From Vicinamibacterales bacterium (lineage in GTDB: Bacteria; Acidobacteriota; Vicinamibacteria; Vicinamibacterales; UBA2999), in the NCBI GenBank assembly GCA_036374815.1, contig DASUSZ010000130.1:2732-66731 (forward strand): a stretch of 64,000 bases of DNA, read 5' to 3'. Within the stretch, counting starts at the first letter, position 1; each line of letters starts with the position of its first letter. The notes beneath the pieces are model-generated. The model saw only the letters and a list, made by a program, of their open reading frames with translations. It was not told where the DNA came from and ran no database searches. Position numbers and translations under genes: made by a program. Positions 44,585 through 54,188 of the stretch are shown piece by piece.

Positions 44585-46627
44585 ATGTTGAAGATTCTGC
44601 TGATTGGTTTGACATTTTGCGCGACACCTGCCGTTGCGCAGACGTTGCAGGAGCGCATGCTGCAGGCCGAGGATGCGCGGCCGACCACCGACGCGGGGCT
44701 GGCGCCGCTGTTGGAAGGGCTCAAAGGTAACGGGCGCCGAACGGCGATTCGCGCGATCGGGCGGCTCGAACGGCCGGAAATGATTCCGCTGGTCGCGCCG
44801 GCGCTCAACGACGGCGTCGGCATCCGCGCCGAAGCGGCCAACGCGCTCGCGCAAATGGCGCGCACGCCCGCCGCGGTCGTCGACGTCCAGAAGCTGCTGC
44901 TGGCGCGCGCCGCCACCGACGCGAACCTCAACACGTGGGAATCGTGGGGTGAAATCGCAGCGGCGCTCGGCCGGCTCCCCTACGACACCACCGAGCAGGT
45001 CCAGGCGGCCGAAGCGGTGCTCATCACCGGATTGCCGGCGCCGGACTCGATGAACGACGTCGAGACGGCAGCGCTGGCCGGAGCCACCCGTGGTCTCGAA
45101 TCGCTCGCGCGCACGGTGCGCGCCAAGAAGCTCGCGCCGCTCGGCGAGCGCACGTGGGATCTGCTGCGATGGGCCGCCACCGCACAACGGCCTGCCGCCG
45201 ATCCCCGCCATGCCATTACCCGCCGCCTGGCGATGGCGGCCCTCGTAACGGGCAATCAGGCAACGACGTCGGTGATCGAGCGTGGATTGAATGACGCTGA
45301 CGCGGAAGTGCGCCGCTTCGCCGCCGCTGCCGCCGCGACCGATGCACGTCTCGAAGAACGCGATCGCGTGATCAAGATTGCGCTGGCCGACAAGGAACCT
45401 CGCGTCCGCCTCGAAGCGCTGCGCGCGTGGGGACGCCATTATCAAAAAACTTCCTGCGCGCCGATCCTTGCCGCGCTGAAAGATCCCAACCCGCACGTGA
45501 TGCTGCAGGCGATCGATCAGCTCGCCACACCCTGCCCGTACGTCGATTCGCCCGCCGATGAGCTGATGGCGATCGCCGGCGCGCTGAGCAACACGCCACG
45601 CACGTGGCACGCCCCCGCGCACGCGATCGTCTCGCTGGCGCGTGTCTCCCCGGACGGCGCCAGGAAGCTGCTGCCGCAGTTCATGTCGCATCCCACCTGG
45701 CAGGTGCGCATGTATGCCGCGCGCGCCGCCGGCATCCTCGGCATGATTCGCGAGCTCGACGCGCTGTGGGCCGATCAGAACGACAACGTCAAGGAAGCGG
45801 CACTGGCCGCGATGATCGAGCGCAAGGCCGCCAACACGGTGACGGCGGCGATCGCGTCGCTCAGCCGTCCCGACTACCAGCTGATTCTCACCGCGGTCCG
45901 CGCGCTCGAGGACAAATCCACCGCGCCGCAAGCGACGACCGCACTCATCACGGCGCTCGGCCGCATCACGAAGGAACACAAAGACACGTCGCGAGATCCG
46001 CGCATGGCGATCCTCGCTCGCCTGCAGGCTTACGGCGACACGTCGCAAGCGGTCCATCTCGAAGGCTACTTGAAGGATTTCGATCCGGCGATCGCGCGCA
46101 AGGCCGCGGAGATCCTGACCGCGTGGACCGGCCAGCCTCGAACGGCCGCGCCTCAGCCGCTCACGCCGCCGGGAGTGACGACGGCGATGGTCAACGCGCT
46201 GCGGGGCAAGGCGTTGCGCTGGCACATGCAGGGGCGCGGCTACTTCGATATCGCGCTCGACGTCGATGCCGCGCCGCTCACCTCGATTCGCATCGCCCGC
46301 CGCGCCGGCGAAGGCTATTACAACGGCCTGACATTTCACCGCATCGCGCCGAACTTCGTGATTCAGGGTGGCAGCCCCGGGGCCAACGAGTACGCGGGCG
46401 AGCACTTTTACATGCGCGACGAGCCCGGGCTGCACCTGCGCGGCACTGCCGGCATCTCGACGCGCGGCCGCGACACCGGCGACGCGCAGATCTTCATCAA
46501 CCTCATCGACTCGCCGCGGCTCGATCACATCTACACCGTGTTCGGCACCGTCGTCTCGGGCATGGACGTCGTCGACGGCACGCTCGAAGGCGACGTCATC
46601 GAGCGCGTCGAGATCGTCAGCCGCTGA
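44585..46627 (+). CDS. HEAT-repeat protein with C-terminal cyclophilin-type peptidyl-prolyl isomerase domain
   Basis: Track ORF 44525..46627, trimmed to ATG 44585 (MLKILLIGLTFCATPAVAQ signal). HEAT-like repeats are present (RRTAIRAIGRLE, VRLEALRAWG, VRMYAARAAG). The cyclophilin block is YYNGLTFHRIAPNFVIQGG...IYTVFGTVVSGMDVVD. Confidence 0.8.
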   Translation: MLKILLIGLTFCATPAVAQTLQERMLQAEDARPTTDAGLAPLLEGLKGNGRRTAIRAIGRLERPEMIPLVAPALNDGVGIRAEAANALAQMARTPAAVVDVQKLLLARAATDANLNTWESWGEIAAALGRLPYDTTEQVQAAEAVLITGLPAPDSMNDVETAALAGATRGLESLARTVRAKKLAPLGERTWDLLRWAATAQRPAADPRHAITRRLAMAALVTGNQATTSVIERGLNDADAEVRRFAAAAAATDARLEERDRVIKIALADKEPRVRLEALRAWGRHYQKTSCAPILAALKDPNPHVMLQAIDQLATPCPYVDSPADELMAIAGALSNTPRTWHAPAHAIVSLARVSPDGARKLLPQFMSHPTWQVRMYAARAAGILGMIRELDALWADQNDNVKEAALAAMIERKAANTVTAAIASLSRPDYQLILTAVRALEDKSTAPQATTALITALGRITKEHKDTSRDPRMAILARLQAYGDTSQAVHLEGYLKDFDPAIARKAAEILTAWTGQPRTAAPQPLTPPGVTTAMVNALRGKALRWHMQGRGYFDIALDVDAAPLTSIRIARRAGEGYYNGLTFHRIAPNFVIQGGSPGANEYAGEHFYMRDEPGLHLRGTAGISTRGRDTGDAQIFINLIDSPRLDHIYTVFGTVVSGMDVVDGTLEGDVIERVEIVSR

Positions 46628-47800
46628 ATGATCTCTTCGCGCCTCCCCAGGAGTCTCGAGACCAATCCGCTGGCGCGCGCGCTGTATGCGAAGCGCCGCG
46701 CCGACGCGGCGATTCTCGACCTGACCGAAACCAATCCGACGCGCGTGGGCCTTACCTATCCGAAGGAATTGCTCGTGCCGCTGTCGGACGGCCGCGCCCT
46801 CGAGTACGATCCGCAGCCGCTCGGCTTGTGGTCGGCCCGCGCTGCCGTCGCCGCCGACTTCCGCCGCCGCGGCATCGTCATCTCCGCCGATCGAGTCGCG
46901 CTGACCTCGAGCACGAGCGAAGCTTATGCGCTGCTGTTCAAGCTGCTGTGCGACGCCGGCGACGCCGTGCTGGTACCGCAGCCGAGTTACCCGCTGTTCG
47001 AGCATCTGACGCGGCTTGAATCGATCACGCCGATTCCATATGCGCTCGAGTTTCACGGCGGCTGGCGGATCGACCTCGAGTCGCTGGCCAACGCCGCGAG
47101 CGATCGCGTGCGCGCCGTCCTGATCGTATCGCCCAACAATCCAACGGGGTCGTTCCTCCACCGCGACGATCTCGAAGCGATTTCGCATCTCGCTGTCGCG
47201 CGCGGCTGGGCGATCATCGGCGATGAAGTATTTGCCGACTATCCACTCGATCCCGCTCCCCACGCGGCCAACGTGCTTGCCGGCGCCGACGCGCTGACGT
47301 TCAGCCTGGGCGGGCTGTCGAAATCAGCGGGACTGCCGCAGCTCAAGCTCGGATGGATCGGATTCGGTGGCCCCGCGGCCACCGTCGATCGAGCGATGGC
47401 GGCATACGAGCTGATTGCGGACACGTACTTGTCGGTGTCGACACCGGTGCAAGCCGCTGCTTCCGAACTGATCGAGCACGGCACCGCGATTCGCGCGCAG
47501 ATCCTCGTGCGTCTGCGGCGGAATCTCGAATCGCTGCGCAAACTTGCTGCCGCGCACCCATCGATCGGCGTACTCCCGGTCGAAGGCGGATGGTCCGCGG
47601 TGATCCAGGCGCCGCGGATTCGTTCGGAAGAGGCGCTGGTGCTCGAGCTCCTCGAGAAAGATGACGTCCTCGTCCATCCCGGGTATTTCTTCGACTTCGA
47701 TCGCGAAGCCTTCGTGATCGTCAGCCTGATCGTCGATCCGGCCAGGTTCGACGCAGGGATCGCGCGCGTACTGTCGCGCGCCTCGGGAGCCGCGGCATGA
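46628..47800 (+). CDS. Class I/II pyridoxal-phosphate-dependent aminotransferase
   Basis: Track ORF 46628..47800. It contains LVPQPSYPLF, SPNNPTG and the PLP-lysine block GGLSKSAGLPQLKLGW. The start directly follows the upstream stop (TGAATG). Confidence 0.85.
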   Translation: MISSRLPRSLETNPLARALYAKRRADAAILDLTETNPTRVGLTYPKELLVPLSDGRALEYDPQPLGLWSARAAVAADFRRRGIVISADRVALTSSTSEAYALLFKLLCDAGDAVLVPQPSYPLFEHLTRLESITPIPYALEFHGGWRIDLESLANAASDRVRAVLIVSPNNPTGSFLHRDDLEAISHLAVARGWAIIGDEVFADYPLDPAPHAANVLAGADALTFSLGGLSKSAGLPQLKLGWIGFGGPAATVDRAMAAYELIADTYLSVSTPVQAAASELIEHGTAIRAQILVRLRRNLESLRKLAAAHPSIGVLPVEGGWSAVIQAPRIRSEEALVLELLEKDDVLVHPGYFFDFDREAFVIVSLIVDPARFDAGIARVLSRASGAAA

Positions 47801-49287
47801 GGCGGCGCCAGAGCGGCATCAGCGTGCCGCTGTTCGCGCTCGCATCTTCGCAGAGCTGGGGCCTCGGCGAATTCGCCGACCTGCCGATGTTCGCGCGCTG
47901 GCTGCAGGAAGCCGGCCAGTCGCTGGTGCAGATCCTGCCGATCAACGAGATGCCGCCGATCGAGTCGTCGCCGTACTCGGCGATGACGGCGATGGCGCTC
48001 GATCCGATTTACATCACGATGGCGAACGTCCCGGATTACGCCGGGCTGGGCGCGGAGCTCGCGCTCGACGGCGCCGAGCAGGCGGAGCTCGAGCGGCTGC
48101 GCGCGGCGCCGCGCATCGAATACGCCGCCATCCGGCGCCTCAAGGACAAGTGGCTCCGCCGCGGCTTCGATCGTTTCTTGAAGCTCGAAATATCGCGCGG
48201 CTCGCCGCGTGCCGCGAGGTTCGAGGCGTTCGTCGCCGCGCAGTCGTGGTGGCTCGACGAATACGTGCTGTTCCGCGCGTTGCATGCACTGCACGACGAG
48301 CAGTCGTGGACGAACTGGCCCGAGCCGCTCGCGCGCGCGGATGCCGGCGCGGTTGACGCGATGCGACCGTCGGTCGCGATCGAGTCGCGCTATCGCGCCT
48401 ACGTGCAATGGCTCGCCGCCGAACAATGGGCCGAGGCCAAGCGCCTGTCGTGGCCGGTGAAAGTGTTCGGCGATCTGCCGTTCATGATCTCGGCCGACAG
48501 TCCCGACGTGTGGGCGCGGCAGCACGAGTTCCGGTTCGATTCGACGGTCGGCACGCCGCCCGATGCCTTCAGCGAGACCGGCCAGGACTGGGGACTGCCG
48601 CCGTGGCGCTCGAGCGTGATGGCCTCGAGCGGTTTCAGCTGGATGCGGGCGCGGGCGCGCCGCTACGGCGATCTCTACGACGGCTTCCGCATCGATCACC
48701 TCGTCGGCCTGTATCGCATGTTCATCCGGCCGGCCGACAGGTCGATCGCGCCGTTCTTCGATCCGCCTGATGAGCCGTCCCAGATCTCGCTCGGCGAAAC
48801 GTTGATCGGCATTCTTTCGGGAGCAGCGTCGAACCCGTCCGTGATCGCTGAAGATCTCGGATCGATTCCTCCGTTCGTGCGCGACTCGATGGCGCGCCTC
48901 GATCTGCCCGGTCTCAAGGTGCTCCGCTGGGAAAGACACTGGGATCGCGACGGCCAGCCGCCGATCGATCCGGCAGAGTTCCCGGAACGATCGGTGGCGA
49001 CGACGGGGACGCACGATATCGAGCCGCTGGCGGCGACGCCGGAAGGCGAGACCGAGGAGCAGCGAGCCGCCGTGCTGCAATCGCTCCTCTCCGCCGGCTC
49101 GTCGTTGACGCTGATTCCGCTGCAGGACGTGTTTGGCTGGAAGGACCGCATCAACGTTCCCGCGGTTGTCGATGACGTCAACTGGACGTGGCGCGTGAAG
49201 TGGCCGATCGACAAGTGGCTCAATCCCGAGGAAGCAATGGAGCGCGCCGATCAATTGAAAGCGTGGACGCGCGCGGCCGGCCGATGA
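47797..49287 (+). CDS. malQ: 4-alpha-glucanotransferase (GH77 amylomaltase)
   Basis: Track ORF 47797..49287. It contains SPYSAMTAMALDPIYI, QDWGLPPW, FRIDHLVGLYRMF, VIAEDLGSIP and LKVLRWE. The start forms an ATGA overlap. Confidence 0.9.
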   Translation: MRRRQSGISVPLFALASSQSWGLGEFADLPMFARWLQEAGQSLVQILPINEMPPIESSPYSAMTAMALDPIYITMANVPDYAGLGAELALDGAEQAELERLRAAPRIEYAAIRRLKDKWLRRGFDRFLKLEISRGSPRAARFEAFVAAQSWWLDEYVLFRALHALHDEQSWTNWPEPLARADAGAVDAMRPSVAIESRYRAYVQWLAAEQWAEAKRLSWPVKVFGDLPFMISADSPDVWARQHEFRFDSTVGTPPDAFSETGQDWGLPPWRSSVMASSGFSWMRARARRYGDLYDGFRIDHLVGLYRMFIRPADRSIAPFFDPPDEPSQISLGETLIGILSGAASNPSVIAEDLGSIPPFVRDSMARLDLPGLKVLRWERHWDRDGQPPIDPAEFPERSVATTGTHDIEPLAATPEGETEEQRAAVLQSLLSAGSSLTLIPLQDVFGWKDRINVPAVVDDVNWTWRVKWPIDKWLNPEEAMERADQLKAWTRAAGR

Positions 49288-50726
49288 GCGAGAACGAAGA
49301 GCCGCAGGGTCCGATTCGCGCGCCGGGGCTCGAGGGCGCCGTCGCCTGGCTCAATGTCGCCGCGCCGATCACGATCGAGCAGCTGCGCGGCAAGGTCGTC
49401 ATCCTCGATTTCTGGACCTACGGCTGCGTCAACTGCATGCACGTGCTGCGCGATCTGAAAATCCTCGAGCAGCGCTTTCCCGAGGAGCTCGTCGTCATCG
49501 GCGTGCACTCGGCGAAGTTCGCGAACGAGAAGATCACCGACAATCTCGAGCGCATCCTCGTTCGCTACGAGATCGAACACCCGGTCGCCAACGATGCCAA
49601 CCTCGAGATCTGGCGCCGCTACGGCGCGCAGGCGTGGCCGACGCGGGTGATCATCGACCCGGCCGGCAATCTCGTCGGCACGGCGATGGGCGAGGGCAAC
49701 CTCGAAGGCTTCGTGAACGCGATCAGGTCGGTGATCCGCGTCTTCGACGAGCAGGGAGGCATCAACCGCGCGCCGCTGCCGATGCAGCTCGAGCGGCTGC
49801 GCCACGAGGACCGGCCGTTGCTGTATCCAGGCAAAGTGCTCGCCGACGAGCGCAGCGGGCGGCTGTTCATCAGCGACTCCAATCACAATCGCATCGTCGT
49901 GGCGACGCTCGAGGGAAAGCTGATCGAAACGATCGGCTCCGGCCTGCAGGGCGACAACGACGGAATCTTCTCGCAGGCGCGCTTCAACCGCCCGCAAGGT
50001 CTCGCTCTCGATCAGAACAGCCTGTACGTCGCCGACACCGAAAACAACCAGGTGCGCGTCGTCGACTTCGACGCGCGAGCGGTGCACACCGTCGCAATCG
50101 ACGCGAAGATGAAATCGCCATGGGACCTCGCGCTGAAGACCGGCATCCTGATCGTCGCGATGGCGGGCACGCATCAGCTGTGGGTGGTCGATTTGTTGAA
50201 CGACCAGGCGTATCCGTATGCGGGCAGCGGTGAAGAAGCGAGGCGCGACGGCGCCATCACCGAGGCCGCCTTCGCGCAGCCATCGGGTCTGACTGTCGAG
50301 GCCAGCACGCTGTTCGTTGCCGATGCGGAATCGAACACGATTCGCGCGGTGCAGTTACCTCCGGTCAACACCGTGAAGACGATTGCCGGCGGCGACCTGT
50401 TCGAATTTGGCGATGCGGACGGCAAGGGCGACAGCGTCCGGTTGCAGCATCCGCTCGGCGTGGCGTCGACGCACGGCCGGGTGTTCATCGCCGACACCTA
50501 CAATCACAAGATCAAAGTCCTCGAGCCGGCGTCGGGCAAGGTGTCGACGTTTGCGTCCGGCTTCCACGAGCCCGGCGGCCTTTCGATCGCCGGCAGCACG
50601 CTGTTCGTCGCGGACACGAACAATCACTCGATTCGGACGGTGGACCTGGCATCACGAGAGGTGGCGACGCTGCCCGTCGAAGGTTTGACGCCCCCCGACA
50701 CGTGGAGCTACCTTCGCCGCCGATGA
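49284..50726 (+). CDS. Thioredoxin-like domain plus NHL-repeat beta-propeller protein
   Basis: Track ORF 49188..50726, trimmed to ATG 49284 (ATGA overlap). The TlpA/Trx-like block is GKVVILDFWTYGCVNCMHVL. Repeated NHL motifs are present (RFNRPQGLALD..LYVADTENNQVRVV; LQHPLGVAS..VFIADTYNHKIKVL). Confidence 0.8.
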   Translation: MSENEEPQGPIRAPGLEGAVAWLNVAAPITIEQLRGKVVILDFWTYGCVNCMHVLRDLKILEQRFPEELVVIGVHSAKFANEKITDNLERILVRYEIEHPVANDANLEIWRRYGAQAWPTRVIIDPAGNLVGTAMGEGNLEGFVNAIRSVIRVFDEQGGINRAPLPMQLERLRHEDRPLLYPGKVLADERSGRLFISDSNHNRIVVATLEGKLIETIGSGLQGDNDGIFSQARFNRPQGLALDQNSLYVADTENNQVRVVDFDARAVHTVAIDAKMKSPWDLALKTGILIVAMAGTHQLWVVDLLNDQAYPYAGSGEEARRDGAITEAAFAQPSGLTVEASTLFVADAESNTIRAVQLPPVNTVKTIAGGDLFEFGDADGKGDSVRLQHPLGVASTHGRVFIADTYNHKIKVLEPASGKVSTFASGFHEPGGLSIAGSTLFVADTNNHSIRTVDLASREVATLPVEGLTPPDTWSYLRRR

Positions 50727-51970
50727 CGCGACGACTATTGCTCGCGGCGCTGCTCGCCCTCAGCGCGCTCGCCTGCCGCGAAACCGCCGTCTCGGTGCCG
50801 GCGCGTCCGATCCTGATCCTGATCTCGATCGATGGCTTCCGCTGGGATTATCTCGATCGTTTCCGGCCGCCCACACTGGGCGAGCTCGCGAAGAGCGGAG
50901 TGCGCGCCGACGGACTCATTCCTGAATTCCCGTCGAAGACCTTTCCCAACCACTACACGATCGTCACGGGGCTGCGGCTCGCGCGCCACGGCATCATCTC
51001 GAACAACATGCGCGATGCGAACATCGCCGGTGAATTCTCGCTGTCGAATCGACAGGTGCAGCAGGATCCGCGGTGGTGGGGCGGCGAGCCGATCTGGAAC
51101 ACCGCCGAGCAGCAAGGCTTGAAAGCGGGCGCGATGTTCTGGCCGGGGTCCGAAGCGGTGATCAACGGCCGGCAGGCGACCTACTGGATGCCGTTCGACG
51201 ACGACATGCCGAACAGCGCGCGCGTCAATCGCGTGCTCGGCTGGTTGAAGCTTCCGGAAGGGCAGCGGCCCTCGTTCCTGACGCTGTACTTCAGCGACGT
51301 GGACAGCGCCGGGCATCGCAGCGGGCCCGATTCCGCCGACGTGCAGGATGCAGTGCAGCGCGTCGACAGCGAAATCGGCAATCTCGTGGCCGGCGTCAAG
51401 GCGGCGGGCCTTGCCGATCACGTTCACTACGTCATCGTCAGCGATCACGGCATGGCCGGCGTCAGCCCCGAGCGAACGATCGTGCTCGACGAGTTCATCG
51501 ATGTCGAGCAGGTGGAGGTCGTCGACTGGTCGCCCGTTCTCGCGCTCACGCCAAAGGACGGCGACGTCGAGAAGTTGTACGCCGCGCTGAAGGGCAAGCA
51601 CCCCTCGCTCGATGTGTATCGCAGCTCGGAGCTGCCCGCGGAACTTCGATTGGCCGGTCATCCGCGGCTGCCTCCGGTCATTGGCATTGCGAAGGAAGGC
51701 TGGTCGATTACATCGCGGCGCAACCTGCGCCGATGGGTGGAGGACAAGATTCGCAGCCTGGCGAGGGGCGAACACGGCTACGACCCGCGCGTGCAATCGA
51801 TGCACGGCCTGTTCATCGCCAACGGTCCGCGGCTCCGCAGCGGCCTGCGGGTCGCGGCATTCGAGAACGTTCACATCTACGAGTTGATGTGCGCGATCCT
51901 CGGCCTGCAGCCGGCAAAGAACGACGGCGATCCGGCCGTGACTCGCGATATGCTGCGTCCCAGTCAATGA
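50723..51970 (+). CDS. Ectonucleotide pyrophosphatase/phosphodiesterase (NPP, alkaline-phosphatase superfamily)
   Basis: Track ORF 50702..51970, trimmed to ATG 50723 (ATGA overlap; MTRRLLLAALLALSALAC lipobox-like). It contains LISIDGFRWDY, the nucleophile block SKTFPNHYTIVTG, DSAGHRSGP and VSDHGM. Confidence 0.85.
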   Translation: MTRRLLLAALLALSALACRETAVSVPARPILILISIDGFRWDYLDRFRPPTLGELAKSGVRADGLIPEFPSKTFPNHYTIVTGLRLARHGIISNNMRDANIAGEFSLSNRQVQQDPRWWGGEPIWNTAEQQGLKAGAMFWPGSEAVINGRQATYWMPFDDDMPNSARVNRVLGWLKLPEGQRPSFLTLYFSDVDSAGHRSGPDSADVQDAVQRVDSEIGNLVAGVKAAGLADHVHYVIVSDHGMAGVSPERTIVLDEFIDVEQVEVVDWSPVLALTPKDGDVEKLYAALKGKHPSLDVYRSSELPAELRLAGHPRLPPVIGIAKEGWSITSRRNLRRWVEDKIRSLARGEHGYDPRVQSMHGLFIANGPRLRSGLRVAAFENVHIYELMCAILGLQPAKNDGDPAVTRDMLRPSQ

Positions 51971-53259
51971 CCGCAGATTCGGATCGCATCACACCCGCGG
52001 GCTGGAGGATCGTCCTGCTCGCCAGCCTCGGCGGCACCCTCGAGTTTTACGACTTCGTCATCTTCGGCGTGTTCGCGCGCGACATCGGCGCGGCGGTGTT
52101 TGCGCCGAGCTACGACCCGATCGTCCAGTTGATCATGTCGTTCGCGACGTTCACCGTCGGTTACCTGGCCCGGCCGATCGGCGGCATCGTGCTCGCGCAC
52201 TTTGGCGATCGCTACGGCCGCCGCTCAGTATTCCTGTGGTCCGTGTTCGTGATGTCGGCCGCGACCCTCGCGATGGGGCTGGTGCCGCCGTATGCGCAGA
52301 TTGGTGTCGCCGCCAGCCTGCTGATGGTGACGCTGCGATTGATCCAGGGCTTCTGCCTTGGCGGCGAGCTCCCCGGCGCGCTGACCTACGTCGTCGAAAC
52401 GGCGCCGCGCATCGCGCCGTTCGTGTGCGGCGTGGTCTTCGCCTGCGTGACGATGGGCGTAGCGGTGGCCACCGGGGTCAGCCTGTCGGTCCGCACGTTC
52501 ATGGATCCGGAGCTGGTGCCCGCATACGGATGGCGCATTGCCTTCATCCTCGGCGGCCTTGGCGGCGTGCTGAGTTTCGTCCTTCGCCGCTCGCTCGAGG
52601 AGTCGCCGGAGTTCGCGCGCATGAAGAGCCTGGCGGTGCGCCAGCCGTTCCGCGAGCTGCTCCGCACCAACCTTCCTCACGTAGCCGTCGGCTGCGCGCT
52701 GCTTGGCGGCATCGGCTGCTTCAACGGGTTGTTCTTCTCACACCTGTCCGCGTATCTGTCGGCAGTGCTCAAGTACGATGCGCGTCAGGCGGTGCTGGCG
52801 CAGACGGTCGGTGTCATCGTGATGGCTGCCGCGACGTTGCTCACCGGCTGGCTTGGCGATCGCATCCAGCCGCGACACCTGCTGCGGATCGGCGCAGTGC
52901 TGCTGCTGGCTGCCGCGTATCCGTTCTACGCCGCGCTCGAATCGCGCGCCGCGAATCTCACGATGCTGTGCGCGATGGCGGGCCTGGTCGGCGCATTGTC
53001 GGCGGGTTCATTCGCCGTGCTGCTGACAGATTTATTTCCGACACGGATCCGTTTCACCGGTGTTGCGCTGGTCTTCAACGTCGCGTTCACGCTGTTCAGC
53101 GGTACCGCGCCGTTGGTGGCGACGAGCCTGATCGAGGAAACCAAAAGCGCCACCGCGCCGGCATACATGATGGCGGCGTGCGCGGTGATCGCGCTCGCGG
53201 GCAGCTTCTTCAGCGGCCGCTACGGCGGCAACGTGCTAGCGCGCGGCGGAGCCGAGTAA
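51967..53259 (+). CDS. MFS transporter (metabolite:H+ symporter-like)
   Basis: This is the 3' part of track ORF 51073..53259. ATG 51967 forms an ATGA overlap. It contains GTLEFYDFVIFG, MFS motif A (HFGDRYGRRSVF) and 12 predicted TM helices. Confidence 0.85.
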   Translation: MTADSDRITPAGWRIVLLASLGGTLEFYDFVIFGVFARDIGAAVFAPSYDPIVQLIMSFATFTVGYLARPIGGIVLAHFGDRYGRRSVFLWSVFVMSAATLAMGLVPPYAQIGVAASLLMVTLRLIQGFCLGGELPGALTYVVETAPRIAPFVCGVVFACVTMGVAVATGVSLSVRTFMDPELVPAYGWRIAFILGGLGGVLSFVLRRSLEESPEFARMKSLAVRQPFRELLRTNLPHVAVGCALLGGIGCFNGLFFSHLSAYLSAVLKYDARQAVLAQTVGVIVMAAATLLTGWLGDRIQPRHLLRIGAVLLLAAAYPFYAALESRAANLTMLCAMAGLVGALSAGSFAVLLTDLFPTRIRFTGVALVFNVAFTLFSGTAPLVATSLIEETKSATAPAYMMAACAVIALAGSFFSGRYGGNVLARGGAE

Positions 53260-53571
53260 CTCGAACGACCCGTGCTGCATGATCAGCGACGATTCGTTCG
53301 ACGCAAACGCCACCAGCTTCAGCGTCTTGTAATCCATCACCACGGTGAGCGTGTAGCCGTTGCCGGAGAGGTAAGAAAGGGCATGAACATCCTGCCCGAG
53401 TGACGCAACCTGATACTGATCCGCAGATCCTGGTTTCGCGTTTGGATCGCCGCCGACCTCGCGAAACGTCACCTGGCCATTGCGATTGAACGTGTGATCG
53501 AACGATTTTCCGGCCATCGGTCCGTCCGCGAATTTGAAGCGCAACGAGTGCCCCGTGATCGGGTTCGCCAC
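53236..53571 (-). CDS. Small beta-rich protein, MoaF-N-terminal-domain-like (tentative)
   Basis: Track ORF 53236..53700, trimmed to GTG 53571, which is preceded by GGAGGG. The sequence MANPITGHSLRFKFADGPMAGKSFDHTFNRNGQVTFREV...YTLTVVMDYKTLKLVAF resembles the calycin-like MoaF-related domain as remembered. Confidence 0.6.
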   Translation of the reverse strand: MANPITGHSLRFKFADGPMAGKSFDHTFNRNGQVTFREVGGDPNAKPGSADQYQVASLGQDVHALSYLSGNGYTLTVVMDYKTLKLVAFASNESSLIMQHGSFELLGSAAR

Positions 53572-53634
53572 TATCTCATCCCTCCGGGTTGGCGCAGTTG
53601 CAAGCAAAATGCCACGAAGGGATAGAATGACGGT

Positions 53635-54126
53635 ATGCGCGTTGCACGGATGATCAGGCTGTCGCTCGCAGTGGCGGGCGTGGCGCTGGTCGCCTTTCAC
53701 GGATGGCTGTTTGCCGGCCAGCTGGCCGCCGGCCGGCTCGAAGATCCGTGGCTGGTATTCCGCTGGTTAGCCGCGGCGCTGCTGGTCGTCTCGTTGGTGG
53801 CGGTGCGCCGCCGCGATTCATCGATTTTCGGGCGCAAGAGCGTCGCGATCTGGGTCCTTGCCGCGTTATTGCACGGACCCGCGATTTCCGATCTGCAACC
53901 CGACTTCAACTCGTTCGCCCTGCCGGAAACGGTAGCGACGACGGTTGTGCAACTGTTGTCGTCGGCGGCGCTCGGCGCCGGCCTGTGGCTGCTGGCTGCG
54001 CTGCTCTTCGCGCGCCGCCGTGCAACTTCGATTCGTTACGCAACGATCCCCGTCTTCACGCCGTCCGGGGGGCTGTCCCTGAGAAATTCGCGGCAGTTCG
54101 CGCCGCGCCCGCCGCCCCTGCGCTAG
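53635..54126 (+). CDS. Hypothetical 4-TM membrane protein
   Basis: Track ORF 53635..54126. It has four hydrophobic helices and high GC3 but no recognised motif. It is followed by a clean intrinsic terminator. Confidence 0.6.
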   Translation: MRVARMIRLSLAVAGVALVAFHGWLFAGQLAAGRLEDPWLVFRWLAAALLVVSLVAVRRRDSSIFGRKSVAIWVLAALLHGPAISDLQPDFNSFALPETVATTVVQLLSSAALGAGLWLLAALLFARRRATSIRYATIPVFTPSGGLSLRNSRQFAPRPPPLR

Positions 54127-54141
54127 GCGCCAAGCCAAGCG

Positions 54142-54165
54142 GCTGGCCGCAGCGGCCAGCTTTTT
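54142..54165 (+). terminator. Rho-independent terminator
   Basis: GCTGGCC-GCAGC-GGCCAGC followed by TTTTT (54161-54165), 16 nt after the stop at 54126. Confidence 0.65.
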
Positions 54166-54188
54166 AACTTTCTATTTTCAGTTTTTAA

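Noticed and set aside
43931-47263. 1110-aa minus-strand ORF
   Set aside because: It spans the antisense of three well-supported plus-strand genes (M49 peptidase, HEAT-cyclophilin, aminotransferase). Its arginine/glycine/alanine-rich composition and lack of motifs mark it as a GC artefact. The same reasoning rejects 47239..49254, 54357..56804, 21144..23084 and 11403..13322.
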